From Bacteroidia bacterium (GTDB lineage Bacteria; Bacteroidota; Bacteroidia; CAIKAF01), in assembly GCA_030427255.1 (NCBI GenBank), contig JAUHWY010000018.1, positions 2,359-66,358 on the forward strand: DNA of 64,000 nucleotides, written 5' to 3'. The position numbers were made by a program, and so were the translations under genes. The notes beneath the pieces were generated by a model that was not told the origin of the DNA, searched no databases, and saw only the letters and a list, made by a program, of their open reading frames with translations. Each line of letters opens with the position of its first letter. Position 1 is the first letter of the stretch. Shown here piece after piece: positions 8,749 to 18,101 of the stretch.

Positions 8749-9663
8749 TCAACAACAAGAGCCTCCCGGCGTGCAGGCTGATTTTTGGGCTTGAAGTTCG
8801 GCCAAAGAAAGCTTGGGTTTGGGCATAGTATTCCCCGGTTTTTTGGCAAAAACAGTGATGGAAAATATTCCGGTGCCGCCTAACAAGAAAGCTTCTTTTG
8901 CTTCGGCATCCAAGTATTTATCCAAAATATCCTCCGGAATTTCGATGGGCTTTTGTTTTTGAATGACCGGGGCTTCAAATCCCGCATCTTTGATGTAGGA
9001 AAGGTAATCGTCCATTTGAATGGCTCCGGCAATGCAGCCGGCATACATTTCGGCGTCTTGACGCAAGGCTTGAGGGAGTTCGCCCTTGAGCACTACATCC
9101 GAAATGCTGAAATGCCCACCGGGCTTTAATACCCGAAACATTTCTTGAAATACAGGGGGCTTTTCGGGAACCAGGTTTAGTACACAATTGCTAACGATTA
9201 CATCAGCCACGGCATCGTTTACCGGCATATGCTCAATGTCTCCTTCACGGAATTCCACATTGTTGAGGCCCAATTTTTCGGCATGGCTTCGTGCTTGGCG
9301 AATCATTTCGGGAGTAAAATCAATACCAATTACCTTTCCTTCCGGTCCGGTTTCGTGGCGGGCCACAAAGCAATCGTTGCCTGCACCTGAGCCTAGGTCA
9401 ATAACTACATCGCCGGGTTTTATTTGGGCAAATTGGGTAGGCAAACCACAACCCAAACCCAAATCAGCATCGGCTACATAACCTTGGGTTTGGCTGTAGT
9501 CGTCCATCATTATGTTGTAGACCTTGTTGGAAGAAGTGGTGGCTCCACAACAAGAGGATGCATTTGTGGCTTTGTCTTGTTTGGCGATGGAAGCGTAGCG
9601 GTCTTGGACCAATTTTTTGAGGGAATCTTTTTGCGTATGCATAACGTTTGAAATTAAGAGCAA
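8749..9663 (-). CDS. arsM: Arsenite S-adenosylmethionine methyltransferase
   Basis: SAM-MTase motif VIDLGSGAGNDCF. Conserved As-binding cysteines, C-terminal CTPGGSCC. Strong ArsM-like layout. Confidence 0.8.
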   Translation of the reverse strand: MLLISNVMHTQKDSLKKLVQDRYASIAKQDKATNASSCCGATTSSNKVYNIMMDDYSQTQGYVADADLGLGCGLPTQFAQIKPGDVVIDLGSGAGNDCFVARHETGPEGKVIGIDFTPEMIRQARSHAEKLGLNNVEFREGDIEHMPVNDAVADVIVSNCVLNLVPEKPPVFQEMFRVLKPGGHFSISDVVLKGELPQALRQDAEMYAGCIAGAIQMDDYLSYIKDAGFEAPVIQKQKPIEIPEDILDKYLDAEAKEAFLLGGTGIFSITVFAKKPGNTMPKPKLSLAELQAQKSACTPGGSCC

Positions 9664-9992
9664 CAGAGGTTTTGGGTGTTTGGGAGCTCACGGTTGAAGA
9701 AGGTGTGGAGCATTTGTTGGAGTTTTTCCCAAGCTTGGGGATCGATGCAGTAGCACATGCGGTTGCCTTCAATTTGGCCTTGGATGATGCCGAGTTGTTT
9801 GAGTTCGCGCAAATGTTGGCTTACGGTAGCCTGGGCAAGCCCGAGTTCTTGCACCAGTTGGTTGTTGATGCAGGTTCCGGTGGCAAGGAGGTGTTCAATA
9901 ATGGCGATGCGTGCGGGATGGGCAAAGGCTTTAAAGGCCTCGGCCTGTTGGTTTTGTTCTTGAGTAAAGAGATCGGTTCTGCTGGTTCCCAA
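9654..9992 (-). CDS. arsR: ArsR/SmtB family transcriptional repressor
   Basis: Winged HTH (LVQELGLAQATVSQHLRELKQLGII). C-terminal Cys cluster. First gene of the ars operon. Confidence 0.8.
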   Translation of the reverse strand: MGTSRTDLFTQEQNQQAEAFKAFAHPARIAIIEHLLATGTCINNQLVQELGLAQATVSQHLRELKQLGIIQGQIEGNRMCYCIDPQAWEKLQQMLHTFFNRELPNTQNLCCS

Positions 9993-10022
9993 GTTAAAAT
10001 TCTATATTGCAATATTACGATA

Positions 10023-10040
10023 AATAAATGAATTCATTTA
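10023..10040. promoter_or_regulatory. Perfect 18-bp palindrome ATAAATGAATTCATTTAT upstream of arsR; putative ArsR operator
   Basis: Seen directly, about 30-50 bp upstream of the arsR start. ArsR/SmtB operators are inverted repeats of this size. Confidence 0.45.
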
Positions 10041-10099
10041 TAACATTGGGCGATTCTTTTTAAGAAATCTATGATAAGGTGGAAGGGCAATGGTGAATG

Positions 10100-10545
10100 A
10101 TGAATGATGAATGATAAATGATAAATGATGAATGATAAATGATGAGGTAAAGACGGGATGCCTCCCGTCTCTCCATGATGATGTAAAGACGGGACATTTC
10201 CCGTCTCCGAATGATGAGGTAAAGACGGGATATCTCCCGTCTCCGAATGATGATGTAAAGACGGGATGCCTCCCGTCTCTCAATGATAAGGTAAAGACGA
10301 GATATCTCCCGTCTCTCCATGATGAGGTAAAGACGGGACATTTCCCGTCTCCGAATGATGATGTAAAGACGGGATGCCTCCCGTCTCTCAATGATAAATG
10401 ATGAGGTAAAGACGGGATGCCTCCCGTCTCTCCATGATAAGGTAAAGACGGGACATTTCCCGTCTCTGAATGATAAGGTAAAGACGGGATGCCTCCCGTC
10501 TCTCAATGATGAGGTAAAGACGGGATGCCTCCCGTCTCTCAATGG
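10100..10545. repeat. AATGATG/AATGATA heptamer array followed by 11 tandem 37-bp hairpin units (AATGATGAGGTAAAGACGGGA-loop-TCCCGTCTCTC)
   Basis: Units read off directly. Each unit has an 8-bp stem AGACGGGA/TCCCGTCT with a variable 4-nt loop (TGCC, CATT, TATC). There are no unique spacers between units. Confidence 0.85.
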
Positions 10546-10639
10546 GCCTTTATGTACACTTTTCGGCGGTTAAGGTAGACCTAGTTTAAGATAAAGAGGA
10601 TTAAACTCCTGCCCTTAGTTTTTTGACCTTTCCACAGAT

Positions 10640-10855
10640 GTGATTCAACCTAGAGTGGAGGGTTTTCAAAGAATGGCCCCCCGGCCAAATGGAGGGCCGT
10701 CCGATGCCGGAAAGCTGCCATGGCGCAGGCGAGGAAGCGGTGCCGATACTTCGGGAAAGCTACCGGAGCCCCGCCATGGCGCTTTCCGGCGAGGAAGACC
10801 GGAGTTAGGGCCGGATAGAATATATGGACATACTACGAAGCAGGGGCCCCAAGGC
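10640..10855. repeat. GC-rich palindromic core element
   Basis: It shares CAAAGAATGGCCCCCCGGCC with 38735. Inverted repeat CCGGAAAGCTGCCATGGCG ... CGCCATGGCGCTTTCCGG. Confidence 0.6.
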
Positions 10856-10889
10856 AAAAAAAAAGCAGCTCAAGGAGCTGCTTTTGTGG
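10856..10889 (-). terminator. Bidirectional rho-independent terminator (A9-GCAGCTC-AAGG-AGCTGC-TTTTG)
   Basis: Stem-loop flanked by an A9 run on one side and TTTT on the other. It lies immediately downstream of the minus-strand gene ending at 10903. Confidence 0.6.
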
Positions 10890-10902
10890 TGAGGTGGATT
10901 GC

Positions 10903-11733
10903 CTATTTCTTTTTCCATTCTTCAATGGAGTCGGTGTTGAGGCGCACGTAGTCCTCGTTTCCGGCTTCTTTGGCTTGGGCAATGGATTTTTCTGCCGTGG
11001 CGATGGCGTTTTTGTAGTCGCCCATTTTGGCTTGAATGAGTGCTTTTTGACGCAGCACCCAAAAACGCTCTTCCATTTCGAGGCTTTTGTTGATCCATTC
11101 GAGGGCCTGATTGAGGTCGCGGTTGGTGTCGTAGTAGTAGCGTGCGGCTTGGAAATAGGAGGTGGCCGAAACGTTGAGTGCTTCGCGGATGTTGGCGAGC
11201 ACCTTATCGTCAACCGAGGTTTCCACCTTGAAGGAGACCTTGCTGGTTTCCCAGCTGATTTCTACAAAGGCCGAGTTTCGGGTAATGTAGTTGAAATCAA
11301 TGGTGAAGGTTTCGGTAAAGGGTACGATTTCCGGTTTGGTTTTAATGCGCACCACGTCCTTAGCTTCGTCGTAGCGTGAGGTTCCTCCTTGATTCCAAAC
11401 GCTGTTTAAGATGAGTGTCCACTCTTGCGCGCCCGGAATGCTGAAGAGGCTGTATTTTCCGGGTGCCAGGTTTTTACCGCTAATGGTTACGGAGTCAGAA
11501 AACTCAATAACGGTAGCCATGTTGGCGCCGGTTCTCCACAGTTTACCGAAGGGCACCAAGTCACCAAAAATTTTGCGGCCGCGTGCACTGGGACGGGAAT
11601 AAGTGATGGTAGCGTCCATTAAGCCAATGGCTTGTTTGAGTTCGGCTTTTGGGCTGGGTTGGGGCATTTCGATTTGTGCTTGCAAAGGAGCAAGGGCTCC
11701 CAACAAGATTCCTACACAAAGGGCTTTATACAT
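10903..11733 (-). CDS. Secreted hypothetical protein (DUF2911-like beta domain plus C-terminal TPR-like helices)
   Basis: Signal peptide MYKALCVGILLGALAPLQAQ. Domain assignment is from memory and not verified. Confidence 0.4.
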   Translation of the reverse strand: MYKALCVGILLGALAPLQAQIEMPQPSPKAELKQAIGLMDATITYSRPSARGRKIFGDLVPFGKLWRTGANMATVIEFSDSVTISGKNLAPGKYSLFSIPGAQEWTLILNSVWNQGGTSRYDEAKDVVRIKTKPEIVPFTETFTIDFNYITRNSAFVEISWETSKVSFKVETSVDDKVLANIREALNVSATSYFQAARYYYDTNRDLNQALEWINKSLEMEERFWVLRQKALIQAKMGDYKNAIATAEKSIAQAKEAGNEDYVRLNTDSIEEWKKK

Positions 11734-11914
11734 GAGCTAAATGTTTGATTGATATTTTAATACAGCAAATAAACCAAAGATTAGAAATTTGGTTCGCGTC
11801 AAAGATGCAAAAATTAAGTGAGCAGGAGCAAGAAGGATGCTGAAGCCCAAGGAATGGGGAAAAGGATAAAGAAAAGGAAGCCTTAAGCTAAGATGGGGTT
11901 GTTGGGTATGGCCT

Positions 11915-12913
11915 TTACTTTGGGTCGTAGGCCCAGCGCACCAAAACGGCTCCCCAGGTGAAGCCACCCCCAAAGGCCGAGAGCACGAGGTAATCGCCTT
12001 TTTTGAGCTGTTTTTCGTAGTCCCAAAGGCAGAGCGGTAGCGTTCCGGCGGTGGTATTTCCGTATTTATGGATGTTGAGCATTACCTTTTCCGGTCCGAG
12101 CCCCATGCGTTGAGCCGTGGCGTCAATGATGCGTTTGTTGGCCTGGTGGGGAACCAACCAAGCGATGTCTTCGGCATTTAGTCCGTTGCGCTCCATAACT
12201 TGCGCAGAAACTTCAGCCATGTTGTTTACGGCAAACTTAAAAACAGCTTGTCCCTCTTGGTATACAAAGTGTTCGCGTGCATCAACGGTGGCATGGCTGG
12301 CAGGTCTGCGGCTTCCTCCTGCTTTTTGATGCAGGAATTGCGCTCCTGAACCATCGGATTTTAGGATGCTGTCCATGATGCCGTATGGTTCGTCTGAAGC
12401 TTCGAGCAAGACCGCACCGGCACCGTCTCCAAAAATGATGCAGGTAGCTCGATCGGTATAATCGATGATGGAGCTCATTTTATCGCCGCCAATGACCACC
12501 ACTTTTTTGTAGGTACCTGCTTCAATGAATTTAGCTCCTGTAACCAGGGCATAAATAAATCCGGAACAAGCGGCATTGATGTCGTAGCTAAATGCATTAA
12601 CGGCTCCTACTGCATCGGATACGATGTTTGCGGTTGCCGGGAATTGCATATCCGGAGTTACGGTAGCGCAAATGATTAAGTCTATTTCTGCGGGGTCAAG
12701 GCCTCTTTTTTTGAGGAGTCCATTTACGGCTTCGATAGCCATAACGGATGTTCCTTTGTCTTTGCCTTTAAGAATGCGTCTTTCGGCGATACCTGTACGG
12801 GACATAATCCATTCGTCGTTGGTATCTACCATTTGTTCCAGCTCTTTGTTGGTAAGCTTATCGGGGGGAACATAGCCCTCCACAGCGGTTATGGCTGCGT
12901 AGGTATCAGGCAT
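11915..12913 (-). CDS. fabH: 3-oxoacyl-ACP synthase III (KAS III)
   Basis: Typical FabH N-terminus (ITAVEGYVPPDKLTNKELEQMVDTNDEWIMSRTGI), active-site Cys region and C-terminal GGGFTWGA. The start is probably MPDTY at 12913. Confidence 0.85.
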   Translation of the reverse strand: MPDTYAAITAVEGYVPPDKLTNKELEQMVDTNDEWIMSRTGIAERRILKGKDKGTSVMAIEAVNGLLKKRGLDPAEIDLIICATVTPDMQFPATANIVSDAVGAVNAFSYDINAACSGFIYALVTGAKFIEAGTYKKVVVIGGDKMSSIIDYTDRATCIIFGDGAGAVLLEASDEPYGIMDSILKSDGSGAQFLHQKAGGSRRPASHATVDAREHFVYQEGQAVFKFAVNNMAEVSAQVMERNGLNAEDIAWLVPHQANKRIIDATAQRMGLGPEKVMLNIHKYGNTTAGTLPLCLWDYEKQLKKGDYLVLSAFGGGFTWGAVLVRWAYDPK

Positions 12914-13871
12914 GGGCCAGGGATTGTTTAATTTGTTCGGGGAGGCCATTCCGAGCAATATCCCATGAAAGACGAATCATGTGTTGGATGGCAGTAGGGC
13001 TAGAGATTCCATGACCAACCACTACGGGTCGGTTTACGCCTAAAATAGGCGATCCTCCATAAATCTCGTAATTTAATCGATCAAAGAAGGGGTGGCTGTT
13101 TAAACCGGCTTCTTTGGCAAATTCGTAGAACGTTTCGGCCAATTTCACCACTACATTACCGGTAAAACCGCTGGTAACTACAACATCGGCTTTGTCGGTA
13201 AACACATCACGGCCTTCGATATTACCGATAAAATTAATGTCACGGCATTCGGCCAGAAGTTTATGTCCGGCTATGGTAATGGCGTTTCCTTTTTCGGGTT
13301 CTTCGCCAATGGAGAGGAGGCCGATTTTGGGGTTGGAAATTTTGAGGATTTCTCTTGCGTACACAGAGCCCAGGACAGCCAGGTCGACTAAGTTCTCGGC
13401 TTTGGTATCGGCAATGGCTCCAACGTCGAGCATAACTCCATCCTTTCCACCATGAATGCGTGGAAGTGTGCTTAGCAAACAGGGCCTAAGATCGTCTCTA
13501 ACCACACCGGTTTTGAGGACAGCACCTACCAGCATGGCTCCGGTGTTACCGGCGGAGCAAAAAGCATCGATTTTACCTTCGCTAAGGTAATTTAGCCCAA
13601 CGGCGATGCTGGAATCTTGTTTTTCTTGGAGTGCACGAACGGGGCTGCTACCCATTAGAATGACTTCTTCGCAGGGGACTAGGCTAAGATTAGCGGCTAA
13701 TTCCTTGTGGTCATTTACGAAGGCATTCAGAAGGTTTTCCTGACCAAATAGGGTAATATGGAACTGTCCGGCCCAAGCATTGAGCGCGAGCTTGACCCCT
13801 TCCAAGGTAGCATCGGGGGCAAAATCCCCACCCATGATATCGATGCCGATGTTCATGCTTTGCGTATGCAA
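12906..13871 (-). CDS. plsX: Phosphate acyltransferase PlsX
   Basis: MNIGIDIMGGDFAP N-terminus, characteristic of PlsX. It sits between rpmF and fabH. Confidence 0.85.
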   Translation of the reverse strand: MHTQSMNIGIDIMGGDFAPDATLEGVKLALNAWAGQFHITLFGQENLLNAFVNDHKELAANLSLVPCEEVILMGSSPVRALQEKQDSSIAVGLNYLSEGKIDAFCSAGNTGAMLVGAVLKTGVVRDDLRPCLLSTLPRIHGGKDGVMLDVGAIADTKAENLVDLAVLGSVYAREILKISNPKIGLLSIGEEPEKGNAITIAGHKLLAECRDINFIGNIEGRDVFTDKADVVVTSGFTGNVVVKLAETFYEFAKEAGLNSHPFFDRLNYEIYGGSPILGVNRPVVVGHGISSPTAIQHMIRLSWDIARNGLPEQIKQSLAHA

Positions 13872-13896
13872 AAGAAAATCCGTGAGGATTTTCCGG

Positions 13897-14088
13897 TTAT
13901 TCTGCTGAGGTGGCTTCTACCACCAATTTCCCTTTGTAATAGAGATTGCCATCTACCATGTAAGCACGGTGACGGCGGTGCACGGTACCGGTGTTTGCGC
14001 AAGTAGAGAGGGTAGGCAAAGAAGCCTTGTAATGCGTACGGCGCTTATCGCGGCGTGTTTTCGAGATTTTTCGTTTAGGATGTGCCAT
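13897..14088 (-). CDS. rpmF: 50S ribosomal protein L32
   Basis: [18 protein letters not shown]-terminus. 63 aa. Confidence 0.85.
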   Translation of the reverse strand: MAHPKRKISKTRRDKRRTHYKASLPTLSTCANTGTVHRRHRAYMVDGNLYYKGKLVVEATSAE

Positions 14089-14093
14089 AATTT

Positions 14094-14639
14094 CTACGAG
14101 TTATGCTTCAATTTTTTAAGAGCGTCCCAACGGGGGTCGTTTTCAGGTTCTTTTTCTTCGGTTTTGGGCTGGTATTTAGCAATACGTTGGAGCATTTCCG
14201 GGTCGCACTGTTTTTCTCCACTCAAATCCTGACTGCATCTACGAGTCCAAGGGAGCGTTACTTGCATTAGGTCGTTGAGGTAAGGGGCGAGATCAAAAGC
14301 AATTTCATTGGGACCTAAGACCAAAAGATCTTCGTCTTCTGAAGGGTTTGCTTCGGTATCTCCATCGAGCCGCACCACCAAATGTTTATTTCCTTGTAGG
14401 CCTTGGTTGTAGGACTGCAAGCATCGGTCGCAAGACATAGACACCTTTCCCTCAAACTTGATGTGGAACACCAGCATCGAGTCGTCTTTTTGCATGTCCA
14501 CCATAGTTTCAATGTGGCTATGCTCAAAGTCTTCTCGTGTAAAACCATCAAAGAACGCGTCATCCAACACAAAATCATAGTGATGGAGCCCATCTTTCAG
14601 CCCAGTAAACTCAATGTTGTATGGATTGTATGCTTTCAA
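14094..14639 (-). CDS. yceD: YceD/DUF177 family protein (large-subunit rRNA accumulation protein)
   Basis: SCDRCLQ cysteine motif. It lies immediately upstream of rpmF-plsX-fabH, the conserved arrangement. Confidence 0.7.
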   Translation of the reverse strand: MKAYNPYNIEFTGLKDGLHHYDFVLDDAFFDGFTREDFEHSHIETMVDMQKDDSMLVFHIKFEGKVSMSCDRCLQSYNQGLQGNKHLVVRLDGDTEANPSEDEDLLVLGPNEIAFDLAPYLNDLMQVTLPWTRRCSQDLSGEKQCDPEMLQRIAKYQPKTEEKEPENDPRWDALKKLKHNS

Positions 14640-14714
14640 GGTGCTGAAAATCGGAGGGCAAAGATAAGTTATGGCGGTTAATTCAACAAATCAAAGTTTG
14701 GGTATACCAAGTGC

Positions 14715-15812
14715 TTAATCATCGCGTTCCCGATCTCTTCGTTTTGAGATTTTGAGTGGGTTAGCCGTAATTTCTACATGCATAGCTCTGCATTTGCGGA
14801 TGTCTAGGGCCTGATAAATGGCCTGCATAAAGGAAGCCGGGTTTGCCTTTCCCGTACCTGCCAAATCAAACGCAGGGCCATGGTCGGGGCTGACCCGAAC
14901 AATGGGTAAACCGGCGGTGAAATTAACGCCTTCAAATCCGGTAATGCTTTTAAACCCGGTGAGTCCTTGGTCATGATACATGGCCAATACACCATCAAAA
15001 TTTCGGTAGTTCCCCGAACCAAAAAATCCGTCGGCAGGGAAAGGGCCTGCTACAAGTAGGTTGTTTTGGCTCCTAAGTTCTTGAAGGGTTGGCAAAATTA
15101 CTTCTTGCTCTTGGTTTCCAAAGCGCCCTTGATCGCTTGCGTGTGGATTTAGGGCCAAAACAGCGATTTTAGGCTTGGTAATGGCAAAGTCTTGAATTAA
15201 GGTTTGGTTAAACCTTAGTATGTGGTCTTTAAGAAGCTTAGGACTAATGGCTTTAGGCACATCTTCCAAGGGCATATGGCCTGTAAGTAAGGCTACCCTT
15301 AAACTCTCGTGGCACATAATCATTTGTGCTTTGCCCGAGGCCTTGTGTTCTAAATATTCGGTGTGTCCCGGAAAGTTCATTCCGGCTTCTACCATAAACG
15401 ATTTGTCCAATGGGGCCGTAATCAAGACATCGGCTTTGCCATTCAATACAGCTTCGGTGGCGGCTTCCAAAGAGGCAAATGCGGCCTGTGCCCCTTCCGG
15501 CGTCCGTTCTCCGGGAGTTGCCAACAAATTGGGCATGTGCTCCTGGATTAGGTTTAATTTTCCTTCCTGGGCCTCTTCTATGGATTTTATTTGATGAAAA
15601 GAAAAGGCATCGAGCTGAAGCTTTTTCTTGTAAAAAGCCATGACTTTTCCACTGGCAAACACCACCGGGGTGCACATAGACAACATGCCCGGGGTTGCAA
15701 AGCACTGCCAAATAATCTCAGGCCCTACACCATTAATGTCACCAACAGAAATTGCAATTAGGGGCTTTTCTGTTGCCTCCGGATAGGTGATTTTGGGAAT
15801 CGGTTTATTCAT
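14715..15812 (-). CDS. pdxA: 4-hydroxythreonine-4-phosphate dehydrogenase
   Basis: PdxA family motifs: ISVGDINGVGPEI, HGPAFDLAG, NPHA. Confidence 0.8.
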   Translation of the reverse strand: MNKPIPKITYPEATEKPLIAISVGDINGVGPEIIWQCFATPGMLSMCTPVVFASGKVMAFYKKKLQLDAFSFHQIKSIEEAQEGKLNLIQEHMPNLLATPGERTPEGAQAAFASLEAATEAVLNGKADVLITAPLDKSFMVEAGMNFPGHTEYLEHKASGKAQMIMCHESLRVALLTGHMPLEDVPKAISPKLLKDHILRFNQTLIQDFAITKPKIAVLALNPHASDQGRFGNQEQEVILPTLQELRSQNNLLVAGPFPADGFFGSGNYRNFDGVLAMYHDQGLTGFKSITGFEGVNFTAGLPIVRVSPDHGPAFDLAGTGKANPASFMQAIYQALDIRKCRAMHVEITANPLKISKRRDRERDD

Positions 15813-17205
15813 GGGCTTTCCATTGGGAAATAAATTGGGCTAGAAGTCGAACGCCTGCACCGGTTGCTCCTGAAGTCCAATACGCTTTGGGTGAATTTCT
15901 AAAGGAATTAGCCAAATCCAAATGAATCCAGGGGTAATCGGTAAAGTGTTTTAAGAATATTCCGGCGGTAATGCATCCTGCATAGGGCCCACCGATATTC
16001 TTTAAATCGGCGACCTCCGAGTTAAGTGCATCTTCATAAGCCTGGAGCATGGGCAACTCCACCACTACCTCGCCAACCTTGTCACCGGCAAGTTTCAATT
16101 CGTTCATAAAGGTTTGGGCTTGATGGTGCATGCCTGCCATTGCTTCAAAGCCTAAGGTTCCAACCGCAGATCCGGTAAGGGTAGCTTGGTCAATGACCAA
16201 GGCCGGGTCGTATTTTTTGGCGTACAACAAGGCGTCTGCCAACACCAGTCGTCCTTCGGCATCTGTGTTTAGCACTTCTACGGTTGTGCCATTGCTGTAG
16301 CGAATTACATCTCCGGGTACCAAAGAATCCGGGGCCAATCGATTGTCGGTAAAAGGAATGAGGCCTACAAGATGCATGGGTTGTTTGGTTTTAGCCGCCC
16401 AAACCATAGTGGCAACTACATTGGCGCCACCACACATGTCGGCTTTCATTTCCTCCATTCCCTTAGGATTCTTGAGGCTACTACCACCTGTATCGAACAA
16501 AATCCCTTTGCCCACCAAAACCAAAGGTTTTTGATTTTTTGCTTGGCTACCACGGTATTCTATTACTGCAAAAAGGGGGGGCGTTGCGCTTCCTTTATTG
16601 ACCGACAAAAGACCTTGCATGTTGAGCGACTTTAATGCCGCAGGGCCTAAGCCTTCGTAGTGCAAATCCCATTCGGCCGCCAGTTGTTCCAAGCGCGCAT
16701 GCACTTCTTGAGCATGCAGGGTGTTGTACGGGTCGTTTCCCCAATCTCGGGCAAGCCAAACGCTTTGAATCAACGCTTCCGAATGCTCAAGACCCGCTAT
16801 GTTAGGGCCATGGACGTCAATTTGAAGTTTTTCTTTCCTTAAATAGCTGTAGTTCTTGAGGCCTAGGCCTTCTAAGGCCGGCAAAATATGTTCTGCCCGG
16901 TTGGGGTGCACCAATACCCTACCTTGGTCTTTTTTTAAGGCAGGTGCTGCGCTTCTTACCTCTTCAGCCTCTTTAGCTAATCTCCAAGCATACCAGGTAT
17001 CCTTTCCTTTTTGAACAGACCAAAGGCCTGGCTCCTCCTTGGGTAAGGCTTGCAACCATTCATTTATCCAGCCATCTTCGACTTGCAACCAATCCCGACT
17101 TGGTTCGGAAATGCAAATATGCTGTGCGTAAGCCTCCTTTGGCTCTTGAATGCAGCGTAGTTGTATGGAAGGTTTTTGCATAGCAGCAAAGGTAAGAAAA
17201 GGCAC
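15805..17205 (-). CDS. pepA: Leucyl aminopeptidase (M17 family)
   Basis: NTDAEGRLVLADAL signature. The start may be the internal Met MQKPSIQ at 17181. Confidence 0.8.
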   Translation of the reverse strand: MPFLTFAAMQKPSIQLRCIQEPKEAYAQHICISEPSRDWLQVEDGWINEWLQALPKEEPGLWSVQKGKDTWYAWRLAKEAEEVRSAAPALKKDQGRVLVHPNRAEHILPALEGLGLKNYSYLRKEKLQIDVHGPNIAGLEHSEALIQSVWLARDWGNDPYNTLHAQEVHARLEQLAAEWDLHYEGLGPAALKSLNMQGLLSVNKGSATPPLFAVIEYRGSQAKNQKPLVLVGKGILFDTGGSSLKNPKGMEEMKADMCGGANVVATMVWAAKTKQPMHLVGLIPFTDNRLAPDSLVPGDVIRYSNGTTVEVLNTDAEGRLVLADALLYAKKYDPALVIDQATLTGSAVGTLGFEAMAGMHHQAQTFMNELKLAGDKVGEVVVELPMLQAYEDALNSEVADLKNIGGPYAGCITAGIFLKHFTDYPWIHLDLANSFRNSPKAYWTSGATGAGVRLLAQFISQWKAHE

Positions 17206-17470
17206 TTAGCGAAGCGGCAATTCTTAATTGGCCATTAAAGATCTTTCCCGAAAGGCTTTTCCGGTGCACACTAGATTAATGCCAACCTGACCTTTTGGCC
17301 GTATCAAAGGAAAACCTATCAGTCCTTCGGTTGATAAGAAGGATACAGAGGCTGCAGTCGGCACAGAGGTTTAGCGAACAAAAGGCCATTTTTTTTGAAA
17401 AGGCAGCACTCGTGAAGGTTTTCGTCTTGGTTTTGGTAGTATTTGGGGAGGTATTGCAGCCAAATGCAGG

Positions 17471-18028
17471 ATGAAACTTACGTACTATTGCCGTCCGCAT
17501 AGGATATGTTACCTTTGCATCCCTTTTTTAATGAGGGTTCTTATGAAGAAATTATCCTTAACACTAAACCTTTGGCAACAGGAGGCGAGCTCTTTGCCCG
17601 ACGATGAAAAAGAGTTGTTGGAAAAAGCCCGCGCGCAAGCCTCAACAGCATATGCTCCCTACAGCGCTTTTGGTGTAGGTGCAGCCTTGCTTTTGGCCAA
17701 TGGTGAAATCGTCGCTGCATCCAATCAAGAAAACAGCGCATTCCCTTCCGGAATGTGCGCCGAGCGGGTAGCACTGCAATATGCCGGTGCCCGATACCCC
17801 GGAGTTCCTGTGAAAAAGTTGGTTATTGCTGTAAAATCGGAGCGTAAAACCGCCGATGCTGTTTACGCCCCTTGCGGTGGTTGCCGTCAAGTAATGTCTG
17901 AAACAGAGTACAGACAAAACCAAGAACCAATGGAAATAATTTTTGAAGGTCCCGGCGAAAATGTCACCCGTTGCACGGGAATTTCAGAACTTATGCCCTT
18001 TACTTTCAAGCTCAACAATAAAAGCTGA
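17471..18028 (+). CDS. cdd: Cytidine deaminase
   Basis: Zinc-binding CAERVAL and PCGGCRQ motifs. The start is probably MKKLSL at 17543. Confidence 0.75.
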   Translation: MKLTYYCRPHRICYLCIPFLMRVLMKKLSLTLNLWQQEASSLPDDEKELLEKARAQASTAYAPYSAFGVGAALLLANGEIVAASNQENSAFPSGMCAERVALQYAGARYPGVPVKKLVIAVKSERKTADAVYAPCGGCRQVMSETEYRQNQEPMEIIFEGPGENVTRCTGISELMPFTFKLNNKS

Positions 18029-18101
18029 GGCATTATAGGCGTTTAGCCTTATGCTTCCACGCTTATTTATCTAACTTTGCACCATCAGATAGATTTGCAT
18101 T

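Noticed and set aside
10100-10140. AATGATAAATGATAAATGATG heptamer runs considered as Fur boxes (fur is in the window)
   Set aside because: A Fur box is a 19-bp inverted hexamer arrangement (GATAATGATAATCATTATC). These are direct 7-bp repeats without the inverted half, and they recur as part of the composite repeat at unrelated loci.
10138-10545. Regular 37-bp hairpin array considered as a CRISPR array
   Set aside because: Units are contiguous with no unique spacers and the period equals the repeat length. There are no cas genes nearby, and the same unit occurs singly at other loci.
10038-10573. ORFs 10038..10391(-), 10069..10542(-), 10132..10401(+) and 10391..10573(+) encoding DGRHPVFTSS / NDEVKTGCLPSL repeats
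   Set aside because: The periodic amino-acid repeats are produced by translating the 37-bp DNA repeat. They overlap each other on both strands in several frames. Judged non-coding.
17205-17470. 265-bp pepA-cdd divergent intergenic region with several small stem-loops (for example CCGAAAGGCTTTTCCGG) examined for a riboswitch or sRNA
   Set aside because: No recognisable riboswitch consensus (TPP, SAM, FMN, cobalamin and similar). It more likely holds divergent promoters. Left unannotated.
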